Shown: positions 7,469 to 17,555, counted from the first letter of the stretch. The stretch is DNA of 64,000 nt from Candidatus Moranbacteria bacterium UBA4824 (GCA_002400405.1 DHFM01000046.1:11722-75721); one strand, 5' to 3'. Notes: generated by a model from the letters alone, not told the origin. A program made the numbers and translations.

Positions 7469-9286
7469 ATGTTTAATTTTCTTAAAAAAAACCCAACCAC
7501 CCAAGCCAAGACCAATGAAATTCTTGAGGGTGAAAAATACTATCAAGAAGGTGTTTCGCGACTCAATGATCTTTTGGCTCCCTCTGCGATAAAAATAATG
7601 CCGAAATTTATCCGTGTGGGAGAAACACTGGCGCAAACTATTTTTGTGGTGGCTTATCCGAGATTTCTCAATAGCAATTGGTTCTCTCCGATTATAAACA
7701 TTGATTTACCAATTGACATTTCGATGTTTATCCACCCAATTGAAACTTACGACATCTTGAAAGATCTCAAAAAAAATGCCACCAGAGTTGAATCACAAAT
7801 TCATATCGAACAAGAAAAAGGTATGATTCGCGATCCCGCCCTTGAAACTGCCATCCAAGATATTGATGAACTGCGAAGCAACTTACAACAAGGCACCGAA
7901 AAATTCTTTCGTTTTGGACTCTATATCACTGCTTACGGCGAAAATGAAAAAGAACTTTCTGATATTACTCGCTCAATCGAAGCAATTCTAGAAGCCCAAT
8001 TAGTCTATGTAAAACCAGCAATTTTCAAGTCTGAACAAGGCTTTAATTCAACTTTGCCGTTAGCTAACGACGAACTAGACATAGGATCGAGCATGAACAG
8101 CGCTCCGCTTTCCACCACTTTTCCTTTTGTTTCTTCCACTCTATCTTCCAATGAAGGAATTCTTTATGGAATAAATCGTCACAACAACAGTTTGATTATT
8201 TTTGACCGCTTCAAAATGGAAAATGCCAATATGGTGGTTTTTGCCAAATCCGGTGCTGGAAAAAGTTATACTATAAAGCTGGAAGTTTTGCGCTCTTTGA
8301 TGATGGGCACTGATGTGATTATTATCGACCCAGAAAATGAATATAAGCATCTTTGTGAAACAGTGGACGGAACCTTTGTTAAAATTTCTCTTAATTCCAA
8401 CAATCACATCAACCCTTTTGACTTGCCTCACATCAAAGAAGATGAGGATCCGGAAGATGTACTGCGAAACAACATTGCCAATTTACTTGGATTGCTTCAC
8501 ATCATGCTGGGCAACATTACTCCTGAAGAAGATTCCATTTTAGGTCGAGCTATCAAAGAAACCTATGCTGTTCGTGATATCTCCGCTGAAACTAATTTCA
8601 ATTCTCTTAACAAAGAATCCTACCCAACAATGTCTGATCTCTATCAAATCTTGCGCAGTATGGATGGTGGAGAAAACTTGGCTATTCGCATGGAAAAATA
8701 TACCGAGGGAATTTTTTCCGGCTTCTTGAATAATTCTACTAATGTGAGCGTTGACAATCCAATGATGGTTTTCAATATCCGCGATATGGAAGAGGAACTT
8801 CGACCGATTGCTATGTATATGGTAATGCAATTTATCTGGAATGAAATGAGAACTACGCTCAAGCGAAGATTAGTTTTGGCTGATGAAGCTTGGGTAATGA
8901 TGAAATATGATGACGCCGCTTCTTTTCTTTTTGGAATTGCCAAACGATGTCGAAAATATTATACCGGGCTCACTACCGTCACTCAAGATGTGAATGACTT
9001 TTTGAGCTCTCGTTATGGCAAGGCCATTGTCACCAACTCCTCTATTCAATTACTTTTAAAACAATCTCCCGCAGCTGTGGATGTAATTAGCGAAACATTC
9101 TATCTCACCGACCAAGAAAAATTTCTTCTCTTGGAATCAAATGTGGGAGAAGGAATTTTTTTCGCCGGCACCAACCACGTTGCCATCAAAGTTGTAGCTT
9201 CCTATTCCGAAGATCAAATCATCACCACTGATCCAGCCCAGATGCTGGAAATTGAAAAAGCGAAGAAAGAATTTAGTGAAGAATAA
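7469..9286 (+). CDS. virB4: VirB4/TrbE/CagE-family conjugation ATPase, central and C-terminal part (split gene, part 2)
   Basis: 605 aa. Walker A (VVFAKSGAGKSYT), Walker B (RLVLADEAWVMM). The N-terminal region (YPRFLNSNWFSPIINIDLPIDISMFIHP) is typical of VirB4. Confidence 0.8.
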   Translation: MFNFLKKNPTTQAKTNEILEGEKYYQEGVSRLNDLLAPSAIKIMPKFIRVGETLAQTIFVVAYPRFLNSNWFSPIINIDLPIDISMFIHPIETYDILKDLKKNATRVESQIHIEQEKGMIRDPALETAIQDIDELRSNLQQGTEKFFRFGLYITAYGENEKELSDITRSIEAILEAQLVYVKPAIFKSEQGFNSTLPLANDELDIGSSMNSAPLSTTFPFVSSTLSSNEGILYGINRHNNSLIIFDRFKMENANMVVFAKSGAGKSYTIKLEVLRSLMMGTDVIIIDPENEYKHLCETVDGTFVKISLNSNNHINPFDLPHIKEDEDPEDVLRNNIANLLGLLHIMLGNITPEEDSILGRAIKETYAVRDISAETNFNSLNKESYPTMSDLYQILRSMDGGENLAIRMEKYTEGIFSGFLNNSTNVSVDNPMMVFNIRDMEEELRPIAMYMVMQFIWNEMRTTLKRRLVLADEAWVMMKYDDAASFLFGIAKRCRKYYTGLTTVTQDVNDFLSSRYGKAIVTNSSIQLLLKQSPAAVDVISETFYLTDQEKFLLLESNVGEGIFFAGTNHVAIKVVASYSEDQIITTDPAQMLEIEKAKKEFSEE

Positions 9287-9292
9287 TATTCT

Positions 9293-9784
9293 ATGTACGA
9301 TACCCAAAAAAAACAAGAGTTAGAAAATAATCAGCAAGAAGCTCGTGAGCAAAAAGAAGCCCAGAAAAAAGAACAAGCCGAAAAAAATGCCTTGTCTTTT
9401 GAAAATTTAAAAAAACCGAAAAAAAAATCTCGCTTTTCTCAAATTAAAAAATCCGATCCGGTTTTTGCTGTTGCCTTTATGGCCGCAGGACTAAAGGACT
9501 TGCTTGACCTTTTTCAAGCCACAGGAGTGGGGTATGCTATAGTGATTATTATGACTATTTTGATTTTTATCTTTATCGGATTTATGATAATGATCGGGGT
9601 TTCTATGGGCGGAGGTGGGGGGATAAATATACTGCTGATGCTTTTTGGCGGAACCGCCGTGGAAATTCTCCCTGGGATAAGTTTTTTGCCAATGACTATG
9701 GGATTAGTAGCTATGATATATTTATCAGTTTTGAAAAAAAGAAAAAAGAATGCTCAAAAAATTCAAGAACAAAACTACGCCTAA
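9293..9784 (+). CDS. Small membrane protein (charged N-terminus, C-terminal TM helices), T4SS-associated
   Basis: 163-aa ORF 7 nt after virB4. K/E/Q-rich N-terminus, then 2-3 hydrophobic helices with a Gly-rich loop. Confidence 0.4.
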   Translation: MYDTQKKQELENNQQEAREQKEAQKKEQAEKNALSFENLKKPKKKSRFSQIKKSDPVFAVAFMAAGLKDLLDLFQATGVGYAIVIIMTILIFIFIGFMIMIGVSMGGGGGINILLMLFGGTAVEILPGISFLPMTMGLVAMIYLSVLKKRKKNAQKIQEQNYA

Positions 9785-9945
9785 ATAGTGGACTTACACA
9801 TTTTCCTGAAAATCTATTTACATAGCCAGTGCAATGCTAGGATTACAACTAAGTAACCTCTGTCTTTAATCTTAGTTTTATCTTTTGGTAATTTCAGCGA
9901 ATAATAGATTTGAAGGAAGATGCGTAAGTCCTATAACAATAAATA

Positions 9946-10614
9946 ATGCGCTATTATCACAAAAGAAAATTGTCCACTCGCTTAGTCGAGAATAAAGAAA
10001 CTGCCATTACTTTCTTGGTGATTGTTTTTTGCCTGTTTTTGTCTATTTTTTTCCCTGCACAAAACTCTATTCAACTTATTACTAAAAACATTTTCTTTCT
10101 AATTATCGTTCCAATTCTTTATTATAAGCTAATCCTCAAAAAAAATATTTCTGATTTCGGTCTAACTTTGGGCGACAAAAAATCCGGAATTTTTTGGGGA
10201 GTATCGATGTTTTTAGTCACCATTTTGACTTTTTTTCTACTCTATTCCTATACGGATTTCAAAAAAAATTATCTACTTTCATCTTATGTCGTCCATAATT
10301 TCTGGATTTTTTTGCTTTATGAGCTTATTGTCGCCAATTTATTTGTTTTTATTCAAGAATTTTTTTGGCGAGGATTTATTTTGCTTTATTTTTCCAAAAA
10401 AATCAACTCTCTTGCAATTTTTTTGCAATTTATTATTTTCATATTAATTGCAATTCCAATAGAGAATTCCTTTTGGCAGATGGCGCCGACTCTCGTAATT
10501 TCTCTATTTTCTGGTATAATAGTTTATAAGAGTCGCTCTATTTTCTATTCTTGGCTCTCAGCTCTGTTTTCACTGATAATTTTAGACAGTTTTATAATTT
10601 ATCATCTAAAATGA
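9946..10614 (+). CDS. CPBP-family (CAAX-protease-like) intramembrane metalloprotease
   Basis: 222 aa, multi-TM. Motif QEFFWRG (EExxxR-like) and FIIYH (FxxxH). Stop overlaps the ATG of the next gene (ATGA). Confidence 0.45.
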   Translation: MRYYHKRKLSTRLVENKETAITFLVIVFCLFLSIFFPAQNSIQLITKNIFFLIIVPILYYKLILKKNISDFGLTLGDKKSGIFWGVSMFLVTILTFFLLYSYTDFKKNYLLSSYVVHNFWIFLLYELIVANLFVFIQEFFWRGFILLYFSKKINSLAIFLQFIIFILIAIPIENSFWQMAPTLVISLFSGIIVYKSRSIFYSWLSALFSLIILDSFIIYHLK

Positions 10615-13379
10615 AAAATCAAAAGTTCAAAAAAAATCAATTTTTCTTCAATATTATACTTGTTGCTGTTTTCTTTTTTTCTCAAACTGGAATAGTTCAA
10701 GCAATTTCCGTTGACAATGTTATGGGAGTTAAATCTCCTCCTAATTTTTTGGATTCTATACTGGATGGTTATGGGATAGATAAAAATAAAGTCAAACAAC
10801 AAGCTCAAATTCTTAATTATGAAGATCAAAAAAAAGCTGCGCCCCAAGTTTCACTTTTCTTTGTTCCTGCTAATCCGGATGAGGGAGAAAAAATAACCGT
10901 AACCGCTTCGCCAACATATTTCATGAATGATCCCAAAGATCTATATTACACTTGGTTTTTAAAAAGCAAAGATTGCACTGACAAAAAATCAGATGATGAA
11001 AAATATTCCTATAATTCAAATTGCGACCTAAATAACGATGGGGAAGTTGATATAAAAGATTATAAAATAAAAGCCACAAGAATCATTGTTAATGGAGGCT
11101 TTATTATAAGTTCCGATGATATCTATAAATCATCCTCTGATAACGACGGCTATACGGCTTCTTCTGGTGGTAATGATCAAAAAGAAAAAATTCCTCATTG
11201 TTATATTCGCAATATAACCTCAGGCAAGGAATATGAGATTGATTGTACCAACGAAGAAGATAGTCATTTGTTTCCTCGTGCTGAATTTGAAAATTTTGTT
11301 GATTATAAGGGAAACGAAATAGATCTAGATAAACCAACCGGTGATGGAGATTTTGGCAGAGATGAAGAAAAATTTTGGCATACTGATCCTAACAGCAATG
11401 ATACGGCCAATCTGGGTCATCCTGACGAAGCTAATGTAACCGGTTTAGGAGTTACTAGTTTTACTTGGAGTTACCAAAAAGGCGACAAAGTTGGAGTAGC
11501 GGTAGAGGGAGTTTCCACTGAACCACCACCAACAGATGATTCTTCTTATAAAACCACCTGGGCAATGAATGAGGTAGTAGGTGATTTTGATGCTGATTTT
11601 ACTAATGATGATTATCCACAAACAACTGATGAAATTATCTCTACCACAATTGATCCATCTGAACCTACGCAAACGATTTATTTAACCAAAACAACTCTCC
11701 GAGAAATTGATGGCGAGGTTATTGATGGCATAGGCAATATCAAAATTACTGAAACAATGCACAATGTCGTGAGAGTCACTGCTACTCAAGTTTTGGTAAG
11801 TGACACTAATGTAGCTGAAACTGAAGAAACTCCCAATCCAATTATCACTTATTCTACGGCTTCCTTTTCCTCTGACGATTTTGAACTTGATGATGGCAAA
11901 ATAGAAAAACCATCCGATCTTGATGAATTTTTATACGACTCATTGGTTTCTCCCCAAGAAAACAGTGCTGGAAGCAACAAGCTTGATATTAACCTTTCTT
12001 TTTATCCTAACAACCCCATGAATGATCCGGCTGGAATTTCTGGAGATGGGGACATACTTACCATCCATTCTTCCATTTCCAATGCTAAAGACACTAATTA
12101 TCTACAATACGATTGGAAAGTTTTTGCTGGAGCGGATATTAGTTCTGATGTGTGGGGTGAACCCCTTCTAAAAAAAGATCTATTAGAATCAACTCAATCA
12201 GTTGGCTTAGGAATTGATACTTTTAAATTCAAATTAGGCTTTTCTGATCCTGATACAGTCAAGTTTCTCAAGGTTGTTTTAACTGTCACGGAAAACACCG
12301 GAGAAGAGCATCCTCGTAAAAACACTCAGGATGTTATTATACCGATTAATTCCACTACGGAAAAAATTAAAGTGTCTAATGTTTCAATGACAGACTTAAC
12401 CGACCCCGCTGTTGATCCAAATAATTTATCTCGAGTAAAACTTACTCAAGGAGATGAAATTTGCAACTCTAATGATTTGGAAAAAGCTCTTTGCGCTGTG
12501 GCTAAAAATCAAATTATCGCAATTTCTGTTCCAAAAGATAATTTTGAAGACACTGCCGCTAATAATCCCGATTTTCTTTGGACAATTGACGGCAAACCCT
12601 TTTCCTATCCCTATTGTTTTTTTGAAGATTGTAAGGAGGAAAAGCAAACTTACGTGGCGTATTTCCCAATTCTCAAGGAAGTTGGTGAACAATATTCTAT
12701 AAATTTAACCGCTACCAATGAAGATGGAGAGAAAATAAATTTAACCCGAAATTTCAAAGTAGTTGATCCGGAAATTACCATTATTTCCGACGACACAAAA
12801 AATTGCGATCAAGTTATGCTAGGGGAGTATTTTGATGTCAATGGTCAATCATTTCCTGATTTAAGTCAACTTAATTTTTGGGCTTATACTAATTCCCCTA
12901 TAAAATTGCGAGTTGCCCTGACCGGTTTTTCTGTTTTACCGGAAAATTTAAGTTGGCAAGTTGATAATAACTCTATAAATTCATCCAATGCTGGTGTTTA
13001 TAATTTTAATATTGATAATACTGGAATTCTAACTTTACCTCCCAAAGAAAAACAAGGGGAAAGCTATAATATCTCAGTTGGTACGCTTTATACGCAAAAT
13101 AATTTAGCCAAAAAAGCCCTTAACGCTATTTGGGGAGTGACGTACAATCAATTTTATGAAAAAATCGTCTCTGATGATGCTATTATCACCATGCAAGACG
13201 CCCCAACCACCACTGCTAGTAAAAAATCAAAAAAAATATTCGCCACTATCTATTCATCCACTCCCGCCTATCTAGCTTTTCTTCTGCGAATAGTTCTCAC
13301 AATTTCTCTGATTCTGTTTATAACTAAATTGATTTTTTCATTTTCTCCGGAGACTATTTCGAGAGAAGAAGACTACTAA
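10611..13379 (+). CDS. Large secreted Asp-rich surface protein with C-terminal membrane anchor
   Basis: About 922 aa from ATG 10611. Signal peptide (FFFNIILVAVFFFSQTGIVQA). Many D/N/T-rich and Cys-pair segments. C-terminal hydrophobic anchor (AYLAFLLRIVLTISLILFITKLIF). Confidence 0.45.
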   Translation: MKNQKFKKNQFFFNIILVAVFFFSQTGIVQAISVDNVMGVKSPPNFLDSILDGYGIDKNKVKQQAQILNYEDQKKAAPQVSLFFVPANPDEGEKITVTASPTYFMNDPKDLYYTWFLKSKDCTDKKSDDEKYSYNSNCDLNNDGEVDIKDYKIKATRIIVNGGFIISSDDIYKSSSDNDGYTASSGGNDQKEKIPHCYIRNITSGKEYEIDCTNEEDSHLFPRAEFENFVDYKGNEIDLDKPTGDGDFGRDEEKFWHTDPNSNDTANLGHPDEANVTGLGVTSFTWSYQKGDKVGVAVEGVSTEPPPTDDSSYKTTWAMNEVVGDFDADFTNDDYPQTTDEIISTTIDPSEPTQTIYLTKTTLREIDGEVIDGIGNIKITETMHNVVRVTATQVLVSDTNVAETEETPNPIITYSTASFSSDDFELDDGKIEKPSDLDEFLYDSLVSPQENSAGSNKLDINLSFYPNNPMNDPAGISGDGDILTIHSSISNAKDTNYLQYDWKVFAGADISSDVWGEPLLKKDLLESTQSVGLGIDTFKFKLGFSDPDTVKFLKVVLTVTENTGEEHPRKNTQDVIIPINSTTEKIKVSNVSMTDLTDPAVDPNNLSRVKLTQGDEICNSNDLEKALCAVAKNQIIAISVPKDNFEDTAANNPDFLWTIDGKPFSYPYCFFEDCKEEKQTYVAYFPILKEVGEQYSINLTATNEDGEKINLTRNFKVVDPEITIISDDTKNCDQVMLGEYFDVNGQSFPDLSQLNFWAYTNSPIKLRVALTGFSVLPENLSWQVDNNSINSSNAGVYNFNIDNTGILTLPPKEKQGESYNISVGTLYTQNNLAKKALNAIWGVTYNQFYEKIVSDDAIITMQDAPTTTASKKSKKIFATIYSSTPAYLAFLLRIVLTISLILFITKLIFSFSPETISREEDY

Positions 13380-13385
13380 AAAATT

Positions 13386-13503
13386 TCCAAGTTTCAAGTT
13401 TCAATTTTCAATGAATTTTCAATATAAAAATTTTCAAAATTAAAGATATTGTAAATTGAAAATTAATCATTCACTGAAAATTGAGAATTGTAAATTGAAA
13501 ATT
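13386..13503. repeat. Repeat family C copy (inverted-repeat element, arms 'caagtttcaattttcaat' / 'attgaaaattga')
   Basis: Same arms as 2574..2673 and the half-copy at 2140..2180. Intergenic between the surface protein and the pilin gene. Confidence 0.6.
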
Positions 13504-13517
13504 AAAATAAAATTCCC

Positions 13518-14492
13518 ATGAAATTCACAAAAACAAAAATAATATTTCTACTTTTATTATTCATCAATTTGATTCCTGTTTTTTGTTTGGCTCAAACTTA
13601 TAAGCCAATGGAAGGAATTCCGGGGTTTATTACTCCCGGTCAAGATGTTAATTTTCCAGATTATTTAATGGCGATCTATAAATTCGGTCTTTGGGCGATT
13701 GGAATTTCGGCCGTTTTTATGATTATGATCGGTGGCTATATGTATCTCACTTCCGCTGGCAATAACGCCCAAACCGGCAAAGCCAAAGGAATCATCACCG
13801 ACGCTATTGCGGGAGTTATCTTAGCGCTAGTGTCCTATCTTCTTCTCTACACCATCAATCCAGAACTGGTTCAATTCAAACCGCTTAATGGAATAACCTC
13901 ATCTACGTCTTCATCTTCTGGAACAGGTACAGGAGGCAGTGGAGGCAGCACTGACGGCACAGATAAATACTACAAAAAAGCTTGTCCAGATACATCTTCA
14001 ACCTCTCCAATTGTTTTTTCTGGAGCTACTGATATTAACTTAAATCATGATTGTGATAAATATGATTCTCTTTTTAATTCTTATGGACAACAATATCAAA
14101 TTGATCCTAAAATATTAAAAACAATCGCTCAAATAGAGTCGATTTGCGGAAAATTAACAAAAAGCGACGCCGGAGCCTGTGGATTAATGCAACTCATGGA
14201 AGATACCGCACATAAAACTTGCGCTGAATTACTAGCCAGCGACGCTTTATCCGTAGAATCAGCCGCCAAATACATAAGCAATAACAAATCTGCGCACGGA
14301 GGAAATGTTGAAAAAATTCTAGCTGGATATAATAGTGGTTATGCAACAACCGGAACTGGAGGGCTTGCACCAAGCGAAGATTGCAAAAGCACGCCCGGAA
14401 CCCTAAAATATCAATGTTGCGTAAAGCCCGACGAACTCGATGAAACAATTGGATATGTTTGGAAAGGTATGGGAGTAATGAAAAAACAATAA
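13518..14492 (+). CDS. CPR-type T4SS pilin (TrbC/VirB2-like) fused to a C-terminal lytic transglycosylase (SLT/VirB1-like) domain
   Basis: Signal peptide. Pilin core (LWAIGISAVFMIMIGGYMYLTSAGN...AKGIITDAIAGVILALVSYLLLYTINP). Ser/Gly-rich linker. C-terminal segment with family-1 lytic transglycosylase motifs (IAQIES, GLMQL, AGYNSGY). Confidence 0.6.
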   Translation: MKFTKTKIIFLLLLFINLIPVFCLAQTYKPMEGIPGFITPGQDVNFPDYLMAIYKFGLWAIGISAVFMIMIGGYMYLTSAGNNAQTGKAKGIITDAIAGVILALVSYLLLYTINPELVQFKPLNGITSSTSSSSGTGTGGSGGSTDGTDKYYKKACPDTSSTSPIVFSGATDINLNHDCDKYDSLFNSYGQQYQIDPKILKTIAQIESICGKLTKSDAGACGLMQLMEDTAHKTCAELLASDALSVESAAKYISNNKSAHGGNVEKILAGYNSGYATTGTGGLAPSEDCKSTPGTLKYQCCVKPDELDETIGYVWKGMGVMKKQ

Positions 14493-14510
14493 TTTTTTAA
14501 AAAATTTATT

Positions 14511-14987
14511 ATGCTCACTAAATTAAAAATCACAATTTTTTTGTTATTCATCGGAATCTTTTTGCCAATTTTTTCTGCCAATGCCGGCCTTGTTCCTTGC
14601 GGACTAAGCAATGATGATTCATCAACTCCAAATATTAAAGAGGATCAGCCTTGCACGCTTTGTCATTTGATTATTGGGATACAGAATATCGTTTCCTTTG
14701 GCTTGAAATTGCTCATCACTGTGGCCGCGGTGGGAATTTTCATTTCCGGAGTAATGTATATCATTTCTTCCGGTAGTGAAGAAATGATGAAAAATGCTAA
14801 AGCCTTTCTCACTGCCAGCCTCACAGGTTTCACCATCACGCTAATGGCTTGGTTTTTTGTTTATACCGTAATGTGGATTCTTTCCGCCGATCCGGAATCG
14901 ATAACCGATCCTAATGAAAAAGTTCTCATAGAACGCAAAGCTTGGAATAAGTTCGAATGTAGCACAGAAAGTTCCGCCCTAAAATAA
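14511..14987 (+). CDS. CPR-type T4SS pilin (TrbC/VirB2-like)
   Basis: 158 aa. Signal peptide, conserved LVPCG and C..C motifs, two hydrophobic helices (VAAVGIFISGVMYIISSG / ASLTGFTITLMAWFFVYTV). Confidence 0.6.
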   Translation: MLTKLKITIFLLFIGIFLPIFSANAGLVPCGLSNDDSSTPNIKEDQPCTLCHLIIGIQNIVSFGLKLLITVAAVGIFISGVMYIISSGSEEMMKNAKAFLTASLTGFTITLMAWFFVYTVMWILSADPESITDPNEKVLIERKAWNKFECSTESSALK

Positions 14988-15003
14988 TAAACAAATAGAA
15001 AAA

Positions 15004-16161
15004 ATGTCTACTCTCAAGAAAATATTCTTTCTTTCCCTTTTTATCTTTTTTCTTTCCCTGCTTTTTTGGGGAATTTATGTTTTGTCTTTTAAAAAAACCG
15101 AACCGACTAAAAATACTATTCTCCCGCTAAATAATTCCAATAGTAATTTAACTTTACCAGAAAAAATTTCCCCTGCCTCAAGCACACAAAAAATTTCCTT
15201 AGTCTCAAAGGAGCCTGTTATTTCCCCAACAATTTCATCTAATGGAGGAAATATTCGATACTACTCAACTTCCGGAGAACTGAAAGAAACTGATTTTTCC
15301 GGCAGTACTTCAAAAAAAATAACTGATAAAACTATTTTTGGCCTAATAAGCGGAGTTTGGTCACCGGACAAATCAAAAATTCTCCTAAAAACCAAAAAAG
15401 GCGCTAGTCCATATTTTTTGCTTTTTGACACCAAAACCAATCAGCTCACTATGCTCAACAGTAATATCAATGAAATTTCTTGGCAGACCATATCCTCTAA
15501 AATATTCTATAAGTATTTTGATTCAAATGGAAAAAAGAGCTCTCTAAATGTTTCTGATGCCAATGGGGAAAATTGGAAAAAAATAATTGACTTGCCTCAT
15601 GAAAAAATATCCTTTGCTCAAATTCCTCGTTCAGGACTGGTTTCTTTTTGGAATAATGGCGATGCTAATTATCAAACCAATCTTCAAACAGCCTCCCTTA
15701 TCGGAGAAGATATTAAAACTATCTACCAGAGCGGTTTTGGCGCTGATTATCTTTGGGATAATTCCGGCAATCATTGTTTGGTGAGTCAAACGGACACTAA
15801 GGGTGGCACAAAATTACAGCTTGGCATTATAAATTATAACGGCGAAGGCTACAAAATTCTTGGATTGCCTACGATTGTTTCAAAATGTACTTGGTCAAAA
15901 GACAATGCAACCATTTATTGTGCTCTTCCAGGAAACATTCCCGAAAATTCAATCTTGCCCAATGATTATAAGACTGGAAAATTTACCACTGTCGATACTT
16001 TTTGGAAAATTAACACTGATACTGGCGAAAAAACTCGTTTAGTAGAAACCAGCGACATCTCCCAAGACTTTGATGCTTCTGAATTTTTTCTCAATACCGA
16101 CGAAAGCTTGCTATTTTTTGTGAATAAAATAGATAAGAAGTTATATAAAATAATCCTTTAG
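15004..16161 (+). CDS. Membrane-anchored protein with TolB-like beta-propeller-like repeats
   Basis: 385 aa. N-terminal TM. Repeated segments reminiscent of TolB/WD-like blades (SWSPDKSKILL; SDANGENWKKI). Weak assignment. Confidence 0.3.
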   Translation: MSTLKKIFFLSLFIFFLSLLFWGIYVLSFKKTEPTKNTILPLNNSNSNLTLPEKISPASSTQKISLVSKEPVISPTISSNGGNIRYYSTSGELKETDFSGSTSKKITDKTIFGLISGVWSPDKSKILLKTKKGASPYFLLFDTKTNQLTMLNSNINEISWQTISSKIFYKYFDSNGKKSSLNVSDANGENWKKIIDLPHEKISFAQIPRSGLVSFWNNGDANYQTNLQTASLIGEDIKTIYQSGFGADYLWDNSGNHCLVSQTDTKGGTKLQLGIINYNGEGYKILGLPTIVSKCTWSKDNATIYCALPGNIPENSILPNDYKTGKFTTVDTFWKINTDTGEKTRLVETSDISQDFDASEFFLNTDESLLFFVNKIDKKLYKIIL

Positions 16162-16222
16162 CTTAACCTAAAAGAGAGCTTGCGCATTTGGATATATCGA
16201 GAGCTTACGTAGTTGACTCCAG

Positions 16223-16308
16223 CAGGTTCAATCGTCTCGATTGAAACGCATAGTTCTGATAATTTTTATATTCTGCCAGAAAATAAAAGTTCAGGCGAGA
16301 CGCCTGAA
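16223..16308. repeat. Repeat family B copy 1 (two hairpins ttcaatcgTCTCgattgaa and ttcaggcgAGACgcctgaa)
   Basis: Reverse complement of the copy at 21990..22081. Lies downstream of the 3' end of the glycosylation gene cassette. Confidence 0.65.
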
Positions 16309-16331
16309 ATTGCAAAGTACAAGCCCCGAAT

Positions 16332-17555
16332 TTATTTCAAAACCAAGAAATTCAACCAAAAAATAATCGCTAGATCATTCTTAAAATAAGTTGTGTCAAA
16401 AATTCCATGAATTAGAATGATTAGCATTATCCCAAGAGCCACGAATAAAACATCGTTAGGCTCTTTTTTTACCCTATGGAATAAATTTTGCTTTGTAAAA
16501 TTATCCCGCATAGCGGGATATTCCATAGGGTGAACCTCCCTGGAGACATCTCGCAAAAAGAAAAATGCCAAACCTAAAAAACCAACCATACCCATAATTC
16601 CGCCATAAAGCCACCAAGTTAAATATAAATTATTTGGATGTGGTACTGCCCATTCCAGATAGGGCGGATAGAATTTTTGATATTCCAGATATGTCTTTTG
16701 AAAATTCCCCGGTCCAATACCGAAAATAAAATTATCTTCAATTATTTTTACTGAAGCTTTCCAAATCATCATTCGAGAAGCTAATGAAGACCGAGAATTG
16801 GCTGTTAATAGATCAATCATCTTTTTGTTATTTAACTGCGAAAGAAAAAGCGCCAAAATTATTATTCCTATTATGGCTATTTTCTTGGAAATATTTTTAT
16901 TTTTTATTAAAACCAGAATTATAAGCGATGTTAGAATTGAAAACCAAGCCGAATAAGAGTAGGTAAGAAACAATACCATCACTATTGGAACAAAAAACAA
17001 AAAATATCCACTCTTAACTTTATTTTTTTGAAAAATGAAAATAACAATTGCCGGCGCCAAATACATTGCCAGATAATTTGGAGAGTTAAATATTCCAGCT
17101 AATCGATTATCATAAGTAAGAAAATTAGCCAAATAATATCCGCAAGAAATCAGTGCCACAAAAAACGCGGAAAAAAAATACGCCATAAAAATTCGATTTA
17201 TTTTCTCTTTTTCTATCACCTGCCAAGCGAGAAAAAATAGGATTAATGGCACTAAAAACCAACTTTTCACTATTCCCCAAGAAACTAAACTGTTTCCACT
17301 GAGAAAAGTTGAAAGCAATGTTCCAAAAAGCATTAAACTGCCAAAAATTATATAATTTTTATATCTAGAAAAAAATTCTTTGATTTTGATTTTTATTTTT
17401 TCCCTGTCAGTAAAAAACCAAAATAAAAAAATTACTCCGATTATTATTTCCAAAACATTAGTCGGCAAAAACCATAATTTTATCTTCACTAAATACAGCG
17501 GGATAAAAAACACCACCAAATAAATTAAATTTTCTAATATATTATTCTTTTTCAT
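16332..17555 (-). CDS. O-antigen ligase (Wzy_C) family membrane protein
   Basis: Polytopic. Motif PHPNNLYLTWWLYGGIMG matches the Wzy_C H.hN.yL...G signature. The ORF track extends to 17606. Internal ATG at 17555 preferred, giving a 14-nt overlap with the upstream gene. Confidence 0.55.
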   Translation of the reverse strand: MKKNNILENLIYLVVFFIPLYLVKIKLWFLPTNVLEIIIGVIFLFWFFTDREKIKIKIKEFFSRYKNYIIFGSLMLFGTLLSTFLSGNSLVSWGIVKSWFLVPLILFFLAWQVIEKEKINRIFMAYFFSAFFVALISCGYYLANFLTYDNRLAGIFNSPNYLAMYLAPAIVIFIFQKNKVKSGYFLFFVPIVMVLFLTYSYSAWFSILTSLIILVLIKNKNISKKIAIIGIIILALFLSQLNNKKMIDLLTANSRSSLASRMMIWKASVKIIEDNFIFGIGPGNFQKTYLEYQKFYPPYLEWAVPHPNNLYLTWWLYGGIMGMVGFLGLAFFFLRDVSREVHPMEYPAMRDNFTKQNLFHRVKKEPNDVLFVALGIMLIILIHGIFDTTYFKNDLAIIFWLNFLVLK

